A program made the translations under genes and the position numbers. A stretch of DNA of 64,000 nucleotides from an uncultured Gemmatimonadales bacterium (GTDB taxonomy: Bacteria > Gemmatimonadota > Gemmatimonadetes > Gemmatimonadales > GWC2-71-9): NCBI GenBank assembly GCA_963730185.1, contig CAVSQW010000009.1:320001-384000 (forward strand). Reading direction: 5' to 3'. This document shows positions 46,914 to 56,911 of this stretch, piece after piece (the stretch's first letter is position 1; every line of letters begins with the position of its first letter). The notes under the pieces are model-generated. The model was not told the DNA's origin. It searched no databases and worked only from the letters and a program-made list of their open reading frames with translations.

Positions 46914-48676
46914 GAGGTGGGCGACTCCGGCTCGACGACCCGGTCGTAGCGGTCGATGGCGGGCCGGTCCACGGTCTGGATCGCGCCGGACGGCCAGCGG
47001 ATGACCACCCGGTCGACTCGGGTGGCCTTCCCGATTCCGAAGTGGAGCCGGCGGTCGTTCTGGCTCGCGAAGCCCGACCCGCCGTCCACCACCCGGCGCT
47101 GTTTCAGCCCGCCGAACTCGATCGTCGCCTCGGCGCCAATGGCGCTCCGGTTGCTCCGGGTCCCGACCAGCTGGAAGCCGATCCAGTGGGTGCCGGGATC
47201 CACGGTGTTGCGGTAGACCACCGCGGGCTGGTTCTGGTTGGCCACCACCACGTCGAGCGCGCCGTCATCGAAGAGATCGACCAAGGCGACCGCTCGGCCA
47301 TCGTACCGGTCGGTGACGCCCACCGAGTCGGCTACGTCGATCCAGCCTCTGTCGCCCTCGTTCTCGAGCACCCGGGAGCGCTCATAGCCGCTCAGGCTCG
47401 CCGTCCCGATGGGCGGCCAGTTCCTGGCGTCCTCGAACACGGCCCCGTTGGCGCCGGCGATCTTGGACATCGAGTACCAGTAGCTCTTGGTGGAGTCGGC
47501 CGAGATGAAGCCGTTGGCGATGAAGAGGTCGACCAGGCCGTCGTTGTCGAGGTCGCCGGCCTGCGCGCCCCAGGCCCAGCCCGCGTCGGCCACGGGGCCC
47601 TGGGCCACGTTCTCGAATCGGCCGACCTCGGAGAGCAGGTTGAGCCGAAGATTGTTGCTCTGGAACAGATAACCCGGCTCGGAGATGTTGGAGACGAAGA
47701 CGTCGAGCCGGCCCCGGTTCTGGAGATCGCCCAGGGTAACCGACATCCCGCTCTTGGAGTTGGCCTCGAGCCCGACCCGGGCCAGGACGAACCGCTTGCC
47801 TCCCTGGTTCTCGAAGAATTCTTCGGGGCCGTAGTCGTTGGCCACGTAGAGATCGGGCCAGCCGTCGTCGTTGAAGTCGGCCGCCGCGGCTGCGAGCGTC
47901 CACCGGGTGGTGCCCACGCCCATCCGGTCGGTCACGTCCTCGAACCGACCGCCGCCCAGATTGTGGAAGAGTCGGTTCTTGCCGCCGTTGGTGGCGAACT
48001 CGAAGCTGTCGTGCATCATCTTGGTGCTCCGGAGGTGCCAGAGATCCACGTCGGCGCGGTAGTAGGCGGTGACGTAGAGGTCGAGCAGTCCGTCGCGATC
48101 GTAGTCGAGCCAGATCGCTCCGTTGCTGTTGATCCACTGATGCAGCCCGGCGGCCCGGGTGACGTCCTCGAAGCGGAGTTTGCCCTGGTTGTGGAAGAGA
48201 GAGAGGTAGCCGTAGCGGTAGACCAGCAGGTCCTCCCGGCCGTCGTTGTCGTAGTCGCCCCAGACCGCGCCCATCGACACGCCCTCGCCGTCCTGGTTCA
48301 GGTCGGCGACGCCCGCCTCGGCAGCCCGATCGTGGAACCGGCCGCTGGAGTCGGCGACGTAGAGCGCGTTGGGGTAGCCGAACCGGCTGTTGGTGAAGTA
48401 GAGGTCGGGCCGGCCGTCCTGATTCACGTCGGTGACCGAGACCGAGGCGCCGACGGCCGCCACGTGGGGCGCCACGTTGTCGAGCTTGGGATCGAGGAGC
48501 GGACGATGATGCACGAAGTCGATCCCGACCGCGGCCGCCACGTTCGTGAGGTGGAACCCGGGCCGATGGCCGGTCCGGCCGGCCCCGGTGGCGCTCCGAT
48601 TGAGGAACAGGACCAGTCCGAGGGCCGCCAGGAAGAGCACGCCCACGACAGGGCGGCGGGAGGTGCGGGGGATCAC
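46910..48676 (-). CDS. CRTAC1/ASPIC-UnbV protein with FG-GAP (VCBS) repeats
   Basis: N-terminal TM; DxNxDGxxDL repeats; C-terminal SNRSAIGA...GGSGFASQ..RRLHFGIG...IRWPSG. Start taken at GTG 48676. Confidence 0.88.
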   Translation of the reverse strand: MIPRTSRRPVVGVLFLAALGLVLFLNRSATGAGRTGHRPGFHLTNVAAAVGIDFVHHRPLLDPKLDNVAPHVAAVGASVSVTDVNQDGRPDLYFTNSRFGYPNALYVADSSGRFHDRAAEAGVADLNQDGEGVSMGAVWGDYDNDGREDLLVYRYGYLSLFHNQGKLRFEDVTRAAGLHQWINSNGAIWLDYDRDGLLDLYVTAYYRADVDLWHLRSTKMMHDSFEFATNGGKNRLFHNLGGGRFEDVTDRMGVGTTRWTLAAAAADFNDDGWPDLYVANDYGPEEFFENQGGKRFVLARVGLEANSKSGMSVTLGDLQNRGRLDVFVSNISEPGYLFQSNNLRLNLLSEVGRFENVAQGPVADAGWAWGAQAGDLDNDGLVDLFIANGFISADSTKSYWYSMSKIAGANGAVFEDARNWPPIGTASLSGYERSRVLENEGDRGWIDVADSVGVTDRYDGRAVALVDLFDDGALDVVVANQNQPAVVYRNTVDPGTHWIGFQLVGTRSNRSAIGAEATIEFGGLKQRRVVDGGSGFASQNDRRLHFGIGKATRVDRVVIRWPSGAIQTVDRPAIDRYDRVVEPESPTS

Positions 48677-48775
48677 CCCGGAACCATATCGCCCCCGGGG
48701 AGTCGGGCACAAGCAAGGATGCGCGGGGCGGCCTTGTTCACTTCCTCGCGGCGTCCTAGTGTTCTCCCATTCCTC

Positions 48776-51700
48776 ATGACGAACCATCCGCCGTCGCTGC
48801 CCCGGGCGTCGCGCCGCCATCGCGTGGGCTTCTTGACCCTCGTGCTGCTGGCCGGGCTCGGCTGCCGCCGGGAGCCCCCCGATCCCACCGGCGCGGTAAC
48901 GGCCCGGACGCTCGGTCTGGTCTATCTCCAGGAGAACAAGCTCGATCAGGCCGAGGCGGAGTTTCGGAAGGTGGTGCGGTTCGCGCCCGACCAGGCCCTT
49001 GGCTACGCCAACCTGGGGTTAGTGTTGCTCCGGCGGGACCGCTATCCCGACGCTGAGCGGCAGCTGGAACGAGCCGTGCGCCTGGACTCGGCCAACGTCC
49101 GGGTTCGGCTGATGCTGATCCGGGTTCGCGAGCTGAGCGGCCAGGCCGCCGAGGCCCGGGCCGAGCTGGATCGGCTGGTGGCGAGTCACCCCGACGATCC
49201 CGCCGTGCTCTACGCCGAGGCGGAGCTGGCCGGACCGACCGACTCGAGCCGGACCCGTCTCCTGGCCCGGCTGGTGGACGCGGCTCCCCGTAACCTGGCG
49301 CCGCGGATCGAGCTGGCCGTGTCCCTGGCCCGGGAGGGCCACGCCGACACCGCGCTGGCCACCTTGGAGGCCCTTCGCCAGCTGCCGCCGGAGCCTCCGC
49401 CCGAAGCGGCCCAGTCCCTGACCCGGGCGATTGCCGAGCTCCGAGGCGGGCGGGCCGACTCGGCGCTCCCCGCCCTGCTCCGGTATCGGCACCTGCTCGA
49501 AACCACCGCCGCCTACCAGGCGGGGCTCCAACAGATCCAGGGCCCGGGCTCGGCGCTGGTCGGATATCCGGTGTTGACCTTCCGACCGAACTTTGAAATC
49601 CGCGAGCGGGTCGGGCGGGAGGCCGAGTCCACCGTGGTCCGGTTCGCGGACGGCACCGAGCCGGCCCGGCTGGGCGGCGTCGGCGCCGCCCCGCTGGTCC
49701 TGAGCGGTGACCTGGACGGCGACGGCATCGACGACCTGGTGATCGGCGGCCGGCTGCTGCACGACGACGGCGGCGAGTTCGGCGACACCGCCACCGGGGT
49801 GACGATCGACCCGGCCGCGGTGGCCGGCGTCATCGCCGACCTCGACAATGACGGGCGGCTCGATCTCTATCTGGTCGACCCCGCCGGCGTGGATCATCTC
49901 TACCTCGGTGTCGAGGGCGGCCGGCTCCGGGAGGCGCGGGCGCCGGCGGAGGGCCTGGCCCCGGTCGAGGTCCGCGCGGTCCGGGCCGTCGACCTCGACC
50001 ACGATGGCGACCTCGATCTGGTCGAGGCCACCGATCGGGGGCTCCGGGTGTTGCGGAACGATCTGGACGGGACCTACCGGGACGTGAGCCGCGAGATGGG
50101 GCTCGGCCCCGGTCCCGCCGCGAGCGACGTCGCGGTTCTCGACTTGGACGGCGACGGCCTGATCGACCTCTACCTGGCCGGGGGCGCGGGCGGCGATCGC
50201 CTGTACCGCAATACCGGGATGCGGCGGTTCGACGACGTCACCGCCCGAGCCGGCCTGACCGAGCACTCGACCAGGGTGGCCGTGGGCGACTACGACAACG
50301 ACGGGCGGTTCGATCTCGCGTTGGCGGGTCAGGGCGTTCGGATGCTCCGCAACCGGGGCGGTGGTCGGTTCGAGCCGGATGCCGGCGCCGAGGCGGGGCT
50401 CAGCGGGTTACGGTCCGATTCGGTCCGAGCGCTGCGTTTCCTCGATTACGACAACGACGGCCGGCTCGACCTGGCCGCGGTGACCGCGGACCGGATCGCC
50501 CTGTTCCGCGGCGAGGCGGCCGGCTTCCGGGATCGCTCGGGCTCGATGCCGCCGGTGGCCGGCGTGACCTCGCTGGCGGTGGCCGACTACGACAAGGACG
50601 GCGACCTGGACCTGGTCGCCGCCACGGCGGCGGGCCCCCGGCTCCTCCGGAACGACGGCGGGAACGTGAGCCAGTATCTCGACGTCCAGCTCACCGGGCT
50701 CCGGACCGGCAGCGGCAAGAACAACGACTTCGGGATCGGGGCCCGGATCGAGGTCCGGGCCGGCGAGCTCTACCAGACCCGGCTCGTCACCGATCGGGTA
50801 ACCCATTTCGGCCTGGCCGATCAGCTCAAGGCGGACGTGGTCCGGATCGAATGGCCCAACGGCGTCCCCCAGACGGTGTTCTTCCCAGGCTCGAACCAGG
50901 ATGTGCTGGAGCAGCAGATCCTCAAGGGGTCGTGCGCCTTTCTCTATGCCTGGGACGGCGAGCGCTACGCCTTCGTCGGCGACGTGATCTGGAAGAGCGC
51001 CCTCGGCATGCCGCTCGGCATCATGGGGAGCGAGGGCGGGGCCTTCGCGCCGCCCCAGGCGTCACGGGAGTATCTCTTGATTCCCGGCGAGAAGCTCCGT
51101 CCCCAGGACGGGCGCTACCGGATCCAGCTCACCGAAGAGCTCTGGGAGACGGCCTTCCTCGATCAGGTCCACCTCCTGGCGGTCGATCACCCCGACTCGG
51201 TTCGAGTCGCGCTGGACGAGAAGTTCGTACCGCCGAGCCTGCCGGCGGCGCTCCAGGTCCGGCAGCTGGTCGGACTCCGGCCGCCGGCGGCGGCGATCGA
51301 CCAATCGGGCCGCGATCTGCTCCCGCTGCTCGCCCATCGCGACGATCGCTACGTCGGCGGCTTCGAGCCGACCCGCTATCAGGGGCTGGTGGCGCCGCAT
51401 GATTTGATCCTCGATCTCGGGGTGGTGCCCGCCGGGCCGACCTACCTCGTCCTCACCGGCTGGATCTTCCCGACCGACGCCAGCATCAACGTGGCGGTGG
51501 GGCAGGGACACGAGCTCGAGGGCCACTCGCCGTCGCTCGAGGTGATGGACCCGGGCGGCCGCTGGCGCCCCGTCACCCGGGACATCGGCTTCCCGTCGGG
51601 CAAGGACAAGACCGTGCTGGTGGACCTGACCGGCCGGCTCCGCCCCGGCGAGCACCGGGTCAGGATCAGGACCAACCTCGCGATCTACTGGGATCAGGCA

Positions 51701-52207
51701 CAGGTCGGCTCGGCGATCGAGGGCCCGTCGACGGTCACCCCGCTGGCGCCGATCGGCGCCGACCTCCACCAGCGCGGCTACTCGCGAGTCTACCGGAAGG
51801 GCGGCCGCTACGGGCCGCACTGGTTCGACTACGACAGCGTCACCCGGGCCTCGCCGTGGCGGCCGATCGCGGGGCACTTCACCCGCTTCGGCAACGTGCT
51901 GCCGCTCCTGGGCCGGGCCGACGACGAATACGTGATCATGGCGCCGGGCGACGAGACCACGGTGGAATTCGATCCGGCGGGGTTGCCGGCGTTGCCCGTG
52001 GGGTGGACCCGCGATTTCGTGCTCTACACCGACGGCTGGATCAAGGACGCCGATCGGAACACCGCGCACGGTCAGACGGTCGAGCCGCTGCCGTTCCACG
52101 CGATCGGCCGCTATCCGCCCGGCCCGGACGACGCCTATCCGGCCGACTCGGCCCACCGCGCCTATCGGGAACGATACAACACCCGGACCGTGCGGTTCCA
52201 ACCCTGA
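48776..52207 (+). CDS. large lipoprotein: TPR repeats, FG-GAP repeats, ASPIC/UnbV domain and a C-terminal domain
   Basis: Lipobox-like GLGC; TPR-like LGLVYLQ...AEAEFRK; DYDNDGRxDL repeats; GIGARIEV...HFGL...IEWPNG; GSCAFLYAWDG. Start ATG at 48776. Confidence 0.85.
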   Translation: MTNHPPSLPRASRRHRVGFLTLVLLAGLGCRREPPDPTGAVTARTLGLVYLQENKLDQAEAEFRKVVRFAPDQALGYANLGLVLLRRDRYPDAERQLERAVRLDSANVRVRLMLIRVRELSGQAAEARAELDRLVASHPDDPAVLYAEAELAGPTDSSRTRLLARLVDAAPRNLAPRIELAVSLAREGHADTALATLEALRQLPPEPPPEAAQSLTRAIAELRGGRADSALPALLRYRHLLETTAAYQAGLQQIQGPGSALVGYPVLTFRPNFEIRERVGREAESTVVRFADGTEPARLGGVGAAPLVLSGDLDGDGIDDLVIGGRLLHDDGGEFGDTATGVTIDPAAVAGVIADLDNDGRLDLYLVDPAGVDHLYLGVEGGRLREARAPAEGLAPVEVRAVRAVDLDHDGDLDLVEATDRGLRVLRNDLDGTYRDVSREMGLGPGPAASDVAVLDLDGDGLIDLYLAGGAGGDRLYRNTGMRRFDDVTARAGLTEHSTRVAVGDYDNDGRFDLALAGQGVRMLRNRGGGRFEPDAGAEAGLSGLRSDSVRALRFLDYDNDGRLDLAAVTADRIALFRGEAAGFRDRSGSMPPVAGVTSLAVADYDKDGDLDLVAATAAGPRLLRNDGGNVSQYLDVQLTGLRTGSGKNNDFGIGARIEVRAGELYQTRLVTDRVTHFGLADQLKADVVRIEWPNGVPQTVFFPGSNQDVLEQQILKGSCAFLYAWDGERYAFVGDVIWKSALGMPLGIMGSEGGAFAPPQASREYLLIPGEKLRPQDGRYRIQLTEELWETAFLDQVHLLAVDHPDSVRVALDEKFVPPSLPAALQVRQLVGLRPPAAAIDQSGRDLLPLLAHRDDRYVGGFEPTRYQGLVAPHDLILDLGVVPAGPTYLVLTGWIFPTDASINVAVGQGHELEGHSPSLEVMDPGGRWRPVTRDIGFPSGKDKTVLVDLTGRLRPGEHRVRIRTNLAIYWDQAQVGSAIEGPSTVTPLAPIGADLHQRGYSRVYRKGGRYGPHWFDYDSVTRASPWRPIAGHFTRFGNVLPLLGRADDEYVIMAPGDETTVEFDPAGLPALPVGWTRDFVLYTDGWIKDADRNTAHGQTVEPLPFHAIGRYPPGPDDAYPADSAHRAYRERYNTRTVRFQP

Positions 52208-52270
52208 CGATGGCTCGGCATGACGGCGGCGACGGTGGGACGGACCCGGTCTCGAGCCGTCTCGTCCCGC

Positions 52271-52966
52271 TCACCGCCACACCGCGATCTCATCCAGGGG
52301 CTTCCGGTCCAGATCGGGCACTTCGGCGTCGGGCGCTGGATAGCCCACCGGCATGACCAGCATCGCTTTCTCGTTGGCCGGCCGCCCGAGCAGCTCGCCC
52401 AGGAACGCCATCGGATTGGGCGTGTGGGTCAGCGTCACCAGCCCCATCTGGTGCACGGCCGCGATGAAGAACCCCGCCGCGATGCCGCACGATTCCTGAG
52501 TGTAGTAGTAGGTCCGCTTGCCGCCGTCGGGTCGGAGGCCATGCGCCTTCCGGAAGAGCACCACCACCCACGGCGCGTCGGTCAGGTGGGGCTTGTGTTC
52601 GTCGGTGCCCAGCGGGGCCAGCGCCTCGATCCACTCGTCCGGCGCGCGGCCGTGGTAGAACTCGCGCTCTTCCCGCTCGGCCGCCGCCCGGATCTGCCGT
52701 TTGACCTCCGGATCCGAGACGGCCACGAAGGTCCACGGCTGTTGGTGCGCCCCGCTGGGCGCGGTGCCGGCGGTCCGGATGGCCCATTCGATCAGGTCGC
52801 GCGGGACGGCGTCGGTGGAAAAGTGCCTGGTTGTTCGCCGCCGGTTCATCTCGTGGTAGAAGGCGCGAGCTTGGGTCCGCGACTCGTCCAGCGAGCGGCG
52901 AGTGAATTCCAGCTTGACGAACGGATGGCGGCGCGCGGCGAAGTCGCGGGCGAGATCGGGATCCAT
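52271..52966 (-). CDS. iodotyrosine deiodinase-like FMN nitroreductase-fold enzyme
   Basis: RRTTRHFS, TAPSGAHQQPW, lid motif AEREEREFY, W..AL..LGT...KP.L, YY..ES.GIA, LTHTP. Confidence 0.88.
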   Translation of the reverse strand: MDPDLARDFAARRHPFVKLEFTRRSLDESRTQARAFYHEMNRRRTTRHFSTDAVPRDLIEWAIRTAGTAPSGAHQQPWTFVAVSDPEVKRQIRAAAEREEREFYHGRAPDEWIEALAPLGTDEHKPHLTDAPWVVVLFRKAHGLRPDGGKRTYYYTQESCGIAAGFFIAAVHQMGLVTLTHTPNPMAFLGELLGRPANEKAMLVMPVGYPAPDAEVPDLDRKPLDEIAVWR

Positions 52967-53086
52967 CGGTGACAGTCCGGAGGCGGGGGTGTTCGTTGTT
53001 CAGGGGCGGAAATCGAAGTATAACACTGGGCGCGGGTCTCCTTCCCGGGCGTCGCGGGTCGGTGCCCCGCCTGCCGCCATCGCGAA

Positions 53087-53911
53087 TCAGGTGGCGTTCC
53101 GAGGGCGGTCGCCCAGGCGGTCGGCCACCAGGGTGCAGGCGACGACCACCAGCACCAGGGCGATCCCCGGCGCCAGGCCCACCCAGGGCGCGTTCACGAC
53201 CGTCTCGCGGCCCGAGGCGATCAGGCTGCCCCACGACGACTGCGGCGGCTGGACGCCCAGGCCCAGGAAGCTCAGGCCGGCTTCGAGGGTGATGGCGTTT
53301 CCGATCCCGAGGGTCGCGGCGGCGAGAATCGGGCCGCTGGCGTGCGGCAGCACGTGCCGGACCAGGATCCGGCCGCGGTGGGCGCCGAGCGCTCGCGCGC
53401 CCTCCACGTACTGGCGGCCCAGCTGACCGACTGATTCGGCGTAGACGAGCCGCGCGATCGGCATCCACCCGGTGAAGCCCAGGGTGAGCACCACCAGCGT
53501 GGCGCTCGGCTCCCACAGCGCGGCGAGCAGGAGCAGGAGGACGACCCGGGGCACGGCCAGCGCGAAATCGGTGAGGCCGAGCAGAAAGGTGCCCGCGGCC
53601 GATTGGCTGAGTGCGGCGGCGGCGCCGATGGCGGTGCCCAGCGTGAGGGAGACCAAGGTGGCCAGGGCGCCTACCAGGAGCGACACCCGGGCACCGTAGA
53701 GGAGCCGAGCCCAGACGTCTCGGCCGAGCCGGTCGGTTCCCAACAAGTGGAAGATGCCGAAGGCGTCGGTCGTGCCGGGTGGCAGGAACCGGGTGAGCAC
53801 CACGTCGAGCTGGGTGTCGGGTCCGATCGTGGTGAGGAGCGGCGCCAGCGCGGTGAGCAGCACCACGGCGACCAGCACCGTGCCCGGGATCAGCAGTCGC
53901 CGCCGGGTCAT
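53087..53911 (-). CDS. peptide/nickel ABC transporter permease (DppC/OppC-like)
   Basis: LGTDRLGRD, GARVSL, EAA loop YVEGARALGA...RHVLP, LSFLGLG; start ATG at 53911. Confidence 0.9.
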   Translation of the reverse strand: MTRRRLLIPGTVLVAVVLLTALAPLLTTIGPDTQLDVVLTRFLPPGTTDAFGIFHLLGTDRLGRDVWARLLYGARVSLLVGALATLVSLTLGTAIGAAAALSQSAAGTFLLGLTDFALAVPRVVLLLLLAALWEPSATLVVLTLGFTGWMPIARLVYAESVGQLGRQYVEGARALGAHRGRILVRHVLPHASGPILAAATLGIGNAITLEAGLSFLGLGVQPPQSSWGSLIASGRETVVNAPWVGLAPGIALVLVVVACTLVADRLGDRPRNAT

Positions 53912-54876
53912 GGCCTGGTCCTCGGGTCGACCCGGTGGAGCAGCACCTCCGCCGCCAGGCTGCCCAGCACCACCAGGATCGCGCTCACCGTGGTGGCGGC
54001 CATCACCACCGGGTAGTCCCGGGCCCGAACCGCGTCGATCAGCATGGTCCCGACGCCGGGCCAGGCGAACACGCCCTCGACGAACACCGCGCCGGAAAAG
54101 AGGGCCGGCAGCGAGAGGCCGAGCAGCGCCACCACGGGGATCAGGCCGTTGCGGAGGTGGTGACGAAGCAGGATCCGGAGCCGGCCCAGGCCTTTGGCGC
54201 GGGCCACCGTCAGGAAGTGCTCGTCGCGGATCGCGACCAGGGTGCCGCGGGTGTACCGGGCCGTGGTGCCGATCCCGATCACCGTGAGGGTGAGGAGCGG
54301 CAGGGCCAGATGGTCCAGCCGGTCGAGCAGCTTGGCGGCGGGCGAGAGGAAGTCGGCGCCGAGCCCCGCGGCGCCGAAGGCCGGCAGCGCCCGGAGCCAG
54401 TAGGTGAAGACCATCACCAGCACGAAGGCGAGCCAGTAGCCGGGAATCGCGGCCAGGGTCACCGTGCCGATCGACAGCGCGGCGTCGAGCCTTCGCCGGC
54501 GGGTGACGGCTTGCATGGTCGCGACCGCGATCCCGAAGAGGTAGCTCAGCGCGATCGAGAGGCCCACCAGAATGGCGGTGGCCGGCCAGGCGTCGGCCAG
54601 CATCCGGACCACGGGCCGGCCGGTCGCGATGCTCCGGCCGAAATCTCCCCGGCCCGCCTTGACCAGCCAGCGGAGGTACTGCTCGGCCACCGGCTGATCG
54701 AGGCCCAGGGCCCGGGAGGTGGTGCTGATCTGGAGGGGGGTCGCGTTGGGGCCGAGCAGGTGGGTGACGGGGTCGCCGGGGGCGGCGTGGAGGAGGAGGA
54801 AGGTGAGGGTCACGACGCCGAGGACCACGGCGGGCGCCCGGATGAAGCCGAATCCGAAGCGGCGAGGGCGCCTCAC
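53908..54876 (-). CDS. peptide/nickel ABC transporter permease (DppB/OppB-like)
   Basis: APGDP, GLDQP..QY..W, GDFGRS, ARAKGL...RH.LRN, VEGVFAWPG, RDYPVV. Confidence 0.9.
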   Translation of the reverse strand: MRRPRRFGFGFIRAPAVVLGVVTLTFLLLHAAPGDPVTHLLGPNATPLQISTTSRALGLDQPVAEQYLRWLVKAGRGDFGRSIATGRPVVRMLADAWPATAILVGLSIALSYLFGIAVATMQAVTRRRRLDAALSIGTVTLAAIPGYWLAFVLVMVFTYWLRALPAFGAAGLGADFLSPAAKLLDRLDHLALPLLTLTVIGIGTTARYTRGTLVAIRDEHFLTVARAKGLGRLRILLRHHLRNGLIPVVALLGLSLPALFSGAVFVEGVFAWPGVGTMLIDAVRARDYPVVMAATTVSAILVVLGSLAAEVLLHRVDPRTRP

Positions 54877-56822
54877 CCGGCCTCCCCGTCGAGCGCCTCC
54901 GCCGCTTCGGTCCAGGCGGCCATCGCGGTCTCGAGCCCTCGCCGGGCTTCCTCCAGCGCGCGCGCGAGCTCGCCGGCCTGGCGAGCCCGGGCGGCGTCGC
55001 CGTCGTAGAGCGCCGGATCGGCCAGCGCCTGCTCCAACCCGACCACCTTCGACTCGGCCCGGGCCACGGCGGCCTCGGCGTCGGCGGCCCGACGCTCCCG
55101 GGCCCGGCGCTCGGCCTTGGGCATCTCCTTGGCCACCTGGGTCTTTGCCGCCCGGGCCTTCTCGGCCGCCCGCTGTTCGGCCAGCGCGTCCGAGGCGGCC
55201 CGGGCCCGCCGCCGCTCCCGCTCGTCACGGCGCTCCTCCCATTCCACGAAGGGACCTGGAAAATCCTCCAGGCGTCCCTCGTCGATAGCCCAGACCCGGG
55301 TGGCCAGCTCGCGGAGGAAGGCGCGGTCGTGGCTCACCACGATCACCGTCCCCTCGTAACCCTCGATCGCATCTTCCAGGACCTCGATGCTCTCGATGTC
55401 GAGGTGGTTGGTGGGCTCGTCGAGGACCAGCAGGTTGGCGCCGACCAGGGTGATCATAGCCAGGGCGACCCGGGCCCGCTCGCCGCCCGAGAGCGTGTCG
55501 GTCACCCGCTGGACCTCCTCGCCGCTGAACCCGAAGGCGCCCAGGTGGCCCTGCACCTGACCCCGGTTCCAATGGGGCCGGAGGTCGTGGATCACGTCGA
55601 AGATCGTCTGGCCGAGCGGCACGCCGGCCAGATCCTGGCGATACCAGGCCGGCGTGATCGACGCGCCCAGGCGGACCTCGCCGCCGGCCGGCTCCCGGGC
55701 GCCGAGCAGGGTGGCGAGCAGGGTGGTCTTGCCGGCGCCGTTGGAGCCGACCAGGGCCACGCACTCGGTCCGCCAGGCGGTGACGGTGACGTCGTCGAGG
55801 AGGGTCCGATCACCGACCGTAACCCGGAGGTCCTTGGCGTCGACCACCCGGTCACCGCCCCGCTCCCGGCTGTCGAGCCGGAGGCTCATCGCGCCGGCCT
55901 CGCCGGGAGGGGGTGAGAGCCGGGGGAGCCGGGCCAGCTTCCGCCGCCGCCCCTTGGCCTGGTTGGTGTTCTGGCCGGCGATGTTCCGCCGGATGTAGTC
56001 CTCCTCCTTGGCGATCATGGTCTGCTGCTTCTCGAACGCTCGCTGCGCCGCCATCTCGCGCTCGGCTCGCTGGGTCACGAAGGCCGAATAGCCGCCCCGG
56101 TAGGCCGCCGTCGTGCCGGCATGAACGTGCAGCAGGTGGTCGGCCGTGTCGTCGAGGAAGGCCCGGTCGTGGCTGATCACCATCACCGTCTCGCCCAGAT
56201 CGCCGAGATAGCGGGTCAGCCAGCGGGTGGTCTCGATGTCGAGGTGGTTGGTGGGCTCGTCGAGGAGCAAGAGGTCGGCGGGCGCGGCCAGCGGCCCGGC
56301 CAGCCCGACCCGGCCCCGTTCACCCCCGCTCAGGCTCTGGAGCGGCCGGGTGGCGGCCTCGTCGGGGTCGAAGCCCAGGCCCTGGAGCACCGCCGCCACC
56401 CGGGCGTGGTATTCGTAGCCACCCTGATGGGCGAAGCGCTCCTGGTCCCGGCCATAGCGCTCGAGGTCGGCCTCGGTCACCCGGTCGGCCAGCTCCGCCA
56501 GCCGCTCGCCCTGCCGGGCCAACTCGGCCTCGAGCCGGATCACGTCGGAGTAACCTACGGCGGCGGCGTCCCAGACCGTCCGGGCGTCGCCGAAGTCGCG
56601 GTGCTGGTCGAGCAGCACTACCCGGAGCGACTTGGCCCGAGCCACGGTGCCGCGGGTGGGCTCCAGGGCGCCGGTGATCAGCCGGAAGAGGGTCGTCTTG
56701 CCGGCGCCGTTCCGTCCGACGATGCCCCACCGCTCGCCCTTGGCGACCGTGAAGGACACGCCCTCGAGAATGGTGTTGCCGGCGAAATCCACGGCGACGT
56801 CGCCGAAGGTGAGGAGGGTCAC
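54873..56822 (-). CDS. ABC-F family ATPase (ribosome-associated, Uup/YheS-like)
   Basis: Two ABC cassettes (GxNGAGKTT, LSGGE, LDEPTNHLD), no TM segments, C-terminal coiled coil; GTG start at 56822. Confidence 0.92.
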   Translation of the reverse strand: MTLLTFGDVAVDFAGNTILEGVSFTVAKGERWGIVGRNGAGKTTLFRLITGALEPTRGTVARAKSLRVVLLDQHRDFGDARTVWDAAAVGYSDVIRLEAELARQGERLAELADRVTEADLERYGRDQERFAHQGGYEYHARVAAVLQGLGFDPDEAATRPLQSLSGGERGRVGLAGPLAAPADLLLLDEPTNHLDIETTRWLTRYLGDLGETVMVISHDRAFLDDTADHLLHVHAGTTAAYRGGYSAFVTQRAEREMAAQRAFEKQQTMIAKEEDYIRRNIAGQNTNQAKGRRRKLARLPRLSPPPGEAGAMSLRLDSRERGGDRVVDAKDLRVTVGDRTLLDDVTVTAWRTECVALVGSNGAGKTTLLATLLGAREPAGGEVRLGASITPAWYRQDLAGVPLGQTIFDVIHDLRPHWNRGQVQGHLGAFGFSGEEVQRVTDTLSGGERARVALAMITLVGANLLVLDEPTNHLDIESIEVLEDAIEGYEGTVIVVSHDRAFLRELATRVWAIDEGRLEDFPGPFVEWEERRDERERRRARAASDALAEQRAAEKARAAKTQVAKEMPKAERRARERRAADAEAAVARAESKVVGLEQALADPALYDGDAARARQAGELARALEEARRGLETAMAAWTEAAEALDGEAG

Positions 56823-56911
56823 GGGCGAAAAGATACACGGACCCCGAAATGAAGCGGTGACGGCGCCTCGCGACGCCGCCACCGGATCGACCCGGCGCGG
56901 GGGAGCGCCGG

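Noticed and set aside
47042..48775. N-terminal extensions in the ORF track (1721-aa ORF from 47042; also 28829, 43947, 53087-55228 and 61324-63645)
   Set aside because: The extensions overlap real genes on the other strand or frame. Signal peptides, SD sites or family N-termini mark later starts (48776, 30299, 45648, 53911, 62226).
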